Positions 39,201 through 48,200 of a stretch of DNA of 61,874 bases are shown piece after piece. The stretch lies in the NCBI GenBank assembly GCA_000934665.2, contig KZ538561.1, positions 1-61,874 on the forward strand. Direction: 5' to 3'. Position 1 is the stretch's first letter. Each line of letters starts with the position of its first letter. The notes beneath the pieces were generated by a model. That model was not told the DNA's origin. It was given only the letters and a program-made list of their open reading frames with translations, and made no database searches. Origin of the DNA: Catajapyx aquilonaris. Lineage: Eukaryota. The position numbers and the translations under genes are program-made.

Positions 39201-42200
39201 TGGTGAGTTGAACCTCCTTGTATGGGTTTTGGTGGGTAAAAAGAGGGAGAGGGGGGGGGGGGGGNGGGGAGGATTCTCCATCCGCTTTTGTGTTTGGATT
39301 CCGGCTACCCCTCCTCTTCTCTGAAAGTCAATATGCTTCTAGTCCCCGCAAAACCAAGGATGGCAGAAAGAGAGGGGAAACAGAGGGGGTTTAAAAAAAA
39401 CCACGTTTTGACCCAATTTCATCCACTCACCTCACAGACCCTTTTTTTTTTTGAACAACAAAAAAGTCCAGCTGAATCGTGTTATTTTCAACGTCAGGCT
39501 CATAAGCCGATATCATATTTGACTTCGCAAAGTATGATAGCAGAAGCAACGCAGTATTGGCAGGCTCGAAGGTTGGAACGTCAGCGGAAAAAAGTGGATG
39601 GCAATTAAACATGGACAGGGCAAGAGGGAAAATACAGGAGGGGTATGATCATTTGAAATAATAATGACGTTGGTGCCGCAGAAAGTGGTCGTAATCGCAA
39701 TTTGACGCTCATGAAACATTTACTGGCAAAAAAAGAGGCAGAGATGAGGGCGGTATGGCTATTTAAAAGATGACTGACATTACTTCGACAAAGAAAATAA
39801 TTACTCATTGCTGATACTAGAACAGGATGAGAGAATCCAACGGCATCAACCGGTACTGTATATCATTTGAAATATTCCTGTAGGATGGAAACTTTTTCAT
39901 AATCTAGTTCACTTACACGGGTAATTTTTATACTGGCGAAAAAAAAATGTCGAAACTGTGTAGTGCCGGGCTTCCACTCTGCAAAATTTGACAAAAAGCC
40001 TACGCATTTGCAGGCGGCTCATTATTCGATTCCTGCAGTCGGCCTGAGGCTAATTTTTTCCGCGCTTTTTTTTGCAATACTCCCGACAAAACACCCCCGT
40101 TTTTTTGCAAAAAAAAATCAGTTCCGTACAACAAAAAAACACCCTTACTCGGTGCCCGATTGTGCGAAAATCCCGGAAAAGGGATTGGGGCGGGTTTCGC
40201 TCGAAAATTTTCGCCATCGAGAATATTGTGCTGGGTCGGACACAATTTTGCAGATTTTGAACAGTGCTTGCCTCGAGGAAATAGAAAAAAAAGTGTTGGA
40301 AATAAGTGTGGGAAAGTGCAAAGTGTCGGCTATTTCTTGCGCATCGGCTGCGGTGTTGTGTGGTCTCTCTTATATACCAGAAGGATGCTGGAGCGAAAAG
40401 GGGGAATTTATCGGGGTTGCAGCCGGTTCCAGAAGTAAGAGCAACCGGGCCTATATTTCCCTTTTCAATGGCCTCTGATGCCGGAATTGCCATTTTTCGC
40501 AGGGTTCGAGAGGCGGAGCACAAAACTTTTCTCTTGCAGATCTGGTTCCAGTAAAACATAACAATAGCACATGCTCCCTCGCCTTAGAGGTCGATTATTG
40601 GTGGCAACAAGTTTATTCCAGCAGAGTAAACGATTTTGAAGGATAATCCAAATCGAGAGTTTTTTAAAAAAAGGAATGCGTCTGATCGAAAAATTTTCAC
40701 CTTTTGTCTCCTAGGCCAACCTGACTCCTTGCCCTTTCGTTTTCTCGTCGCTTTTTCTCTCTCCTTTTTCTTTTTCTTCTTCTTTTTTTTCTTAATAAAG
40801 GTTGGGGCGAGGCGAGAAAGCTCCCGGCTCTGATGAGACGTCAGCAGAATTGATCCCGAGGCCTCTTTTATTCCCAAAAATTGAAGGATCCCCGGGAGAA
40901 GCGATGCTTACCACTTCAATCAGGAAAGTTTCACGTGTCAGCAGCCGAGGAGCCCCGGATTAACTCGGTCTGAGTTCCAACAAGGCTCAGTCCGGGAATA
41001 AATCACGCCCCCCACCTCGCACCACCCCCTCAGAGCGACATAACTGCAATTCAATTGTGGCTTAGACACCCCTCCATATTTTCCAGAGAAAAAAGGGACC
41101 CATGATAACTGACAAATGGGGCTTCCCTCTTCTCTCTCGTATATTATGATGGACCTGGAAGAGAGCAGTTTGCCTACTCATCTCTTGAAAGCAACTAGTT
41201 AATTCAACTCTCTTCTATCCCTTCCCCCCTCCCCCCTCTTTTCTTCGGTGGAATTGGTTCCACGATGAGGCTTGAGAGCGTTCAAAAATCTCGAGGGGGG
41301 CCCTTTTCTTTCCCCCTTCAATGGCACTCCTGCCATCCAGATTGATTGGATACTTACTCTCTATGTTTTTAAGAGGAATAGAGTGGAGCAAGAGAGGAAT
41401 TTTTACCTCCGAGGTAAAAATCCGGACGGAAGTAAAAATCACTTCTTTTGAGGAGCATAAAAGCAAATGAAGAGAAAATCTCCAATTACGTTATCATATT
41501 CCCATTGTCGTAGCCTATTTGCCCCTATTTGTGTAGACGCAACTATAGAGAGCCTCGAGGAAAAGTCGCCAACTCCTACGTCACGGTCGTCTCTGATTGG
41601 CTGGAGTAATATTATGAACTGTTTACTTGCCGCCATCTTGCATAGCTATGGAAAAAGTGGCCGTCTGTGACGTCACGACCGACTCCGATTGGCTGAAGCC
41701 GGCTGTGACGTCACGGTCGACTCCGATTGGGTGGAGTAGTACAGGCGTTCTTGCTTCAGCCAATCGGAGTCGGTCGTGACGTCAGAGCCGGTCACTTTTT
41801 CCATAGCAACGCAAGATGGCGGCCTCCATAGGACTACGTAAACAGTCCACACTCCAGCAAATCAGAGACGACCGTGATGTAGGAGTTGGCTACTTTCTTC
41901 CTCGAGGCTAATCCTCATTCGAGTCAGATTTACTAGGATGTAAATATGAGCTTGTAAAATTAACTGACATAGTTTCAATAGAATTGTTGCTCTGTAATTG
42001 TCGTACACAATGACTTTATCCACATTAAAATAGCAAAGTAGCATCAAGTGTGTGGGAAGGTGGCGTTAAGATGATTTCAAAGCGAGAGAGGTTGATTAAC
42101 GACGTTAAACCCTGGGCTTTTCTGCAGAAAATTTCGTGCGAGCTTCTTCTTCTCCTCGCCGGAGCGTAGATTATTCATTACGGTCGAAAATCTTAATTGC

Positions 42201-45200
42201 TGCATATACTTTGAGCAGCTTGCTCAGCACTTTCTTCCACGATCTATGTTGGGGCTGGTTGGCTGGTTCGAGCAAGAAAATAAAATTCTCGGAGAGAGAC
42301 ACACCTCTAGCTCTAGTCTTGGTACAAGATGTATGTAGTTGTGTACTCACGCGTCCTGAGACTGTGATGTCATTGTTGGTGCTGAGAGGAAGCATGTCTG
42401 TGAGGATGGAGCCTTCCAGGGCAGTCTCCAGCTCCTGTGTGCTGCAGGGGGGCCTCGCAGTTTCTCCGACCTCAGACTCAGCCACGCTCTCTTTCCGCTT
42501 CCACCACTCGGACCGGTACATACCCATTATCAGCCACTGGTACTTGCGTCCGTACATGCCTAGAAGAAAACAAACATTAGGAGAAGGAGAAAAAATTAGT
42601 GCATAAAATTACAGCATTAAAAAGACTAACAAAAAATATTTTCCCAATTTAATTACAATAACTTAACTCTTGCAAGGCAGGTATATGTATATACTCCATC
42701 AAAACACGACGCATATTTACTTAGCATAAAGTAGCATATGCTCATTTCATGCCCCCATGCACATTACGGAACGGAGAGAATAAATTTTCCAGGTCTTGTT
42801 TACGTAAAACACTCCACCCCCCTCCGGATAATCCAAGACAACTCTACCGAGAGAGAATCTTTATACATCCGGCGTACACATTGCGTAAATCTGCATTGTA
42901 ATCTGCATAATAATTCCTCCAAAAATTATACACAAAAATTACATCCCAAACCTGAGCTAAAGTTCCACAATTAATTTATATACTAGAGGCAGTGGGTGTT
43001 GATTACTAGATTATTCCGCTACAATTAAATATTATGCTCAACAGGACTCCTGAATTGCTCAGCGTGCCTTTAAATTAGCCCTCGCACGATTTCAAATTAA
43101 TACACATTCTATTCATCCTGAGTGGCGGTTTAATAACTGTCCAACAATAGATCCAGTGCAGTGGGTAGCAGTGAATGGACTCGCAATTCTACAAAACCAG
43201 ATTAACCCAACGCAGCAAATGTGAATTGCCACAATTCACCCAACGTGATTCCGGCCAATTGACAGCAAATTGTTGCCAAACCCATTAATTAATTATTGCG
43301 CGCCTCTCTATTGTGCGCAGGGCTGCCATTCAGCTTGAGCGTCAACAGTTATTGCTTCCATTGTAAGGGGCGGCCATGCTTGATAAACAAGGCCTGATGA
43401 TACCAGCTTCCAATTTATTAGCGAACAACAACTTTTGACCTCCCAAATGGCCTGTACTTCACACACACACACACACACAAAAAGCATCACGATCGTTCGA
43501 TTTTTTTTTGGACTGTACATCACTGTACACCTGTCAATTCAACGTCGCATTAAAGCCATTAATTTAGAGATTAAATTGATGCCATATTTACTGCAGGATC
43601 GAGCAAACAAGGCTTAAGAGTGTCACTTGCATTGCCGGAGAGTTTTAAAGAAAAGGAAAGCGCGCGTTTACGACGTTGTAAACTTTTTTATCATAAGCAC
43701 TCCCTGTTATGACCGTATAAAATGCAATTTGGTCCCAGATATTGCGATGAACGTAAAAAAAATTATTTCGCATTCACTCTTTCCTCCGTTAATTTTTCTG
43801 TCCTCAAAAAAAAGCTTTCATCTGCAGACAGTCTGCAGAAGTACACTGCATTCAACATGTACAACTTTCTAACTGTACGTATCAACTCTCTCTGTGTCTG
43901 TCTTTTTTGATTTCCAGCCCGCTGGCTTCCCTGGCAAAATCAGCTGTTGAAAGTACAGAATTTCACTGTAATTCTCTCATGACAATGAAGGTCCTTTGTA
44001 GCAGATAATATAAGCAAAATGCACCACAACTGAATCCCATCCATTACATGCTCCGTAAGTAAACGCAAAATTTAGTTGCTCCCGGGGAAAAAAAATACTT
44101 CCAGGTAAATATTTTTCCAAGAGGTTTTTCCCATAGCTTCGCAAACAAAGTCAGCTACAGGCTATTGTCTGAAAACTTTGCCGTACTTGTAAGTGGGCTC
44201 CTAAAATCTGAATTGAGTACACAAAAGCTAGTCATGAATTCAAACGCTCCCTTTTATTCCGCCTGGCAACCCCAGTCAAAAATCAGGCTAATATGACATA
44301 GTAAAATCTTTCGAAAAATACAAAAGCACAATTAATGTTACAGTACCGATCTGTTCATATTCGTACTGACGTCAGATTGAACTTTCTGAAAATTATTATC
44401 CTGCTTTGAAGTAAAGCCACTTATTATTATTTTTTGACAAATGTAATGTCAACACTGCGGGTCTAAGGGCCTGTTGCGGGCATCAAATCAAGTAAAACAT
44501 GTTTTATTTATCGTATACGTAATCGGAGGTTTTTTTTAGCTTGATTTTCGCTCGCACAGCAGGTCCTGAGAGTGCACTAGGCGGAGTGAAATCCCGCGTT
44601 TATAGAATCGGGGATTGGATATGAAAGTTGTTAAAGTCAAAGTGGCACTCCCCACACTTAAAGTAGACGAACAGGCTCAGGAAGTGTAAATCCAAGCCAA
44701 ATTTTCGACCAGACGTCACAAAATATATTTCTCCCCCCGACTTTTGGCGACTGGGACATCACACACACAGAGAGAGATTTTTCGGAGGAGGAGGAGGAGA
44801 AGAAAACGGTGGAAGCCAAAAAAGCAAATGTAATCGAGTGGAGTCTGTTAAGCAGAAAGTTGGTAGTTGTAAACCTTTCCCAGCAGGCAGGAGGCTGCAT
44901 TTGCATTTGATTTGTGGAACGTTCTCGGGATGCAAATCGATGCCCATTCGTCAAAGGCGAGGCCGGAGTTGAAGGCTTCCAAGAAGAAGAAGAAGAAGCA
45001 GCCTCTTTCCGAGCAAGCACTTACATCGACTGTGGCCTCCGCCAATCAGCGTAAGGGATGCAAACCAACCCCCCCAAAAAACCAAACACAAACTCTATCT
45101 CACCTTCCCTGTAGGCCTCGCAGAATATCCTTCTGGCCCATGTCTCGTTGAAGTTGCCCAGAATGATCCGGACGTCCTTTTCCTTCAGCTTGGCCAGTTG

Positions 45201-48200
45201 GTTGTCCAGCTCGTCCGCAAAACTCTGCGCCTGCGCAACCTCCACCCCTTCCGTATCTAGTGCTGCCACCAGGTGGTTGTGGGCCTGAAACAATGAACGT
45301 ATTTTTTAAAATTTATTTACCAGAGTGAACCACTTGTCAAAAACTTGACAACACTGCCCTGCTTCCCGACTGTGGAGTGCATAGATGACTCACCGCGGAC
45401 AGAGTCACAGATTCAAGCAAATTTAGACAACCACGACAGGGAGCATATACTACATAAGAGGCGCAAACTTCTGTCGGCGCCTTTGATGTTCGCGTCGCTC
45501 TGTTTGAGGCCGTTGCCAAGGCTGGCGGCCATCTTGAAGTGTGGGGAACGCCAACGAGGTATAAATAGGGTACAGGCAAAAATAGGGTCCGCCATCTTTG
45601 ATGGTTTTGGCGGCCATGGCAACTACACGGCAAGAACACGCGCAAATCAAAGATGGCAGACCCTATCTTTGCCTGTACTCTATTTATACCTCGTTGGCGT
45701 TCCCCACACTTCAAGATGGCCGCCAGCCTTGGCAACGGCCTCAAACAGAGAGACGCGGAAATCGAATGTTTGCGCCTCTTATGTAGTATAACATGCTCCC
45801 TGACCACGAGATTTAAAAAAAAATTAAGATTGGAAGGTATAATGTTACAACTCAAAATGTGGCAGTGTATATATGTATACGTATATTGTGTTTTTTTCCG
45901 GTGTGGTCCTTTTTCTCTCGGATGTTTATATGATGAAATTTGTGGCTCCTTCCTGTCCGAGGCAAATTGACTTATCTTTCCACCGTCACCTAACACCAGG
46001 CCCCATCGAAACCAACACCATTTTTTAAACGCAGATTATAATTCAATATCCGCGTTATTAGAGCTGCACTTAAAGCAATGGCTGGCTTCAAAATATAATT
46101 ACATTCATGCGTGACGCAAGTCAGTGATCTGATTAATTAACTGATTTACACCATTTCCTCTATCAGTAATGTAATCAACTAATGTTTTGCAATTATATAG
46201 GGCTGGGAGGGAGTATGGGGGGGGGGACGAGGATTGGCAAACCACGGGAATATTACACATATTTATGCAATCATTGGCTGGGTGGGGTATGGGGGTAAGC
46301 TGGCCAGGGTTTTGCAACCGGCTGGATGGAAACAGGTTGCAAATAATTGGAATATTTTGGCGAAGAAGAGCCAAGTACTCAAACCAAATGTTAATTTGAC
46401 AAATATGGTATAGGACGGCAATGAAATCGATGGCTGGCTAAATATTTAGTTGATTTTGCACTCTTTTGCACACAATGCACTCGGTTTGTTTGAGCGGCAA
46501 CTCTCATTACAAATAGCACCGTGGATGTGTGCAAAGTTAGGCCTGAATGAATACTTTAATTCAATATATTCTAATATTTTGGGTTATATCTAAAACGAAA
46601 AAAATGCTGATACGAACACCAGAGTTAAATGAATGGGCTAAGCTACGGGTTAAATTAATCCGCAAGTTTATGATAATATTACGTAATAACAGCTCATGGT
46701 TTTTAATTAGAGTCACGACTCGATTTTCGTTACTTCCACTACTGCACTGAAAATTTGAAACACTCAAAAAATACTGTATAAACACATGCGCGCAAACCAG
46801 TCACTGTACAGTGTGTACACCTGGAATGTGTAATTATTCACCATTTGGTAATAATTTCAAGCACATGGCACACGATTTATTTATTCACCTGACCACAGTG
46901 GATATCAGCATATTTGCACCTTGTTGGTACAATCGGTGCATTTGTGAGTATGAGTGATAATTACTCATTTTAGTCTGAAATGAAGGACGTTATGCAAAGT
47001 GGCGAATGGAAAGTTAGTAATTAAAAATTTCCTGCCAATTTGGGATATACACATGATGAATTAATGTGATTTCGTATTCAGTTACGTATAAATAGATTCG
47101 TACCATCGTTACAATCCATACCCTATTGCAAATCACTGAAACGTTTAAAATTAGTTACCCACAAGTAAATACGCATTTGTGGGCATTGTGGGCATGCATA
47201 ACATTATTTATGAGTGTCTATTATTTGCCGGACGACTGCATGCACACACATCGAATAATAATGAGTGAATATATTTTTTTCATTGTACTGAATAAAATAG
47301 TTTGGTTTACTTATTTGAAATTTTATGCGCCTGTTACATATTACCGGTATATGTCTCTTTTATAGATTTTGTTTCCAGCGTTTGATTCCAGCCAGATCAG
47401 TGCTTCTAGTGCTTATTTGGCATCGCAATGGAACCAATCAGCAGAGATTTCTTCAAGTCCGGTATATAGACCCCCTTCTCCTTCCTGCTTCCGACTGTCT
47501 TTGCCACACTTTGCACAACACCAGAAACCTCTCTCGTGTGCCAGCCATCCTCCCCCGGACAAATAAACAATCCAAACACCGCAGCCTCTCTTTCTTCAGG
47601 AGAAGAGAGAAAGAGAAGGGAAAAAAGAGGAAAGAAGAAGGAAAGCAGATCGCTTGCATCAAAGCCCACCCTTCGAGAGAGAAAAAAAAAACCCGAAATA
47701 ATACCCCCAAGACATCCATTTCACTCTGGAGTGGTGGATACACCTATTTGTTCTATGCCAATCCTGTACAGTATTGCTCAGCCTCACAGTATTAAAAAAG
47801 GAGACCTATGCTATTGAGCCGTCAGCAGGGACCATCTCGATAATAGAGGTATGTATAGGCCTATCTGACGTATACATTTGTGCGCCGATAATTGACAGTC
47901 GATAAGAAAAGAAAGCCGGGCAGTAGTGTCCTGAAATAATGAGTTTACTGAACCTATTACTAGACACTAATCAAGGATCCATAAAAGAACTGCTTCAAAT
48001 TTTTTTTAAATGAACAAAAATGCAGCTGTTTTATTATTTGTTTACTGGCTTTTGTTAGGCGACCATCATCAGAGGAGTTATCTAAATAATGGATTAACCG
48101 ACAGTTACAGGATGGTTGTTGGAACAGGTCCGAGGAATCCAATTTGACGCGACCTTTAACGGCCGGTTAATAATTCAGTCGTGTGCTTTCACTGCGGACA

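Noticed and set aside
39960..40560. Overlapping 170-aa ORFs / possible transposon fragment
   Set aside because: No recognisable transposase or RT motifs, and I could not define termini or a TSD.
45337..45996. Mirror-image ORFs on both strands (up to 219 aa)
   Set aside because: They result from the foldback element; the same peptides appear on both strands and no transposase motifs are present.
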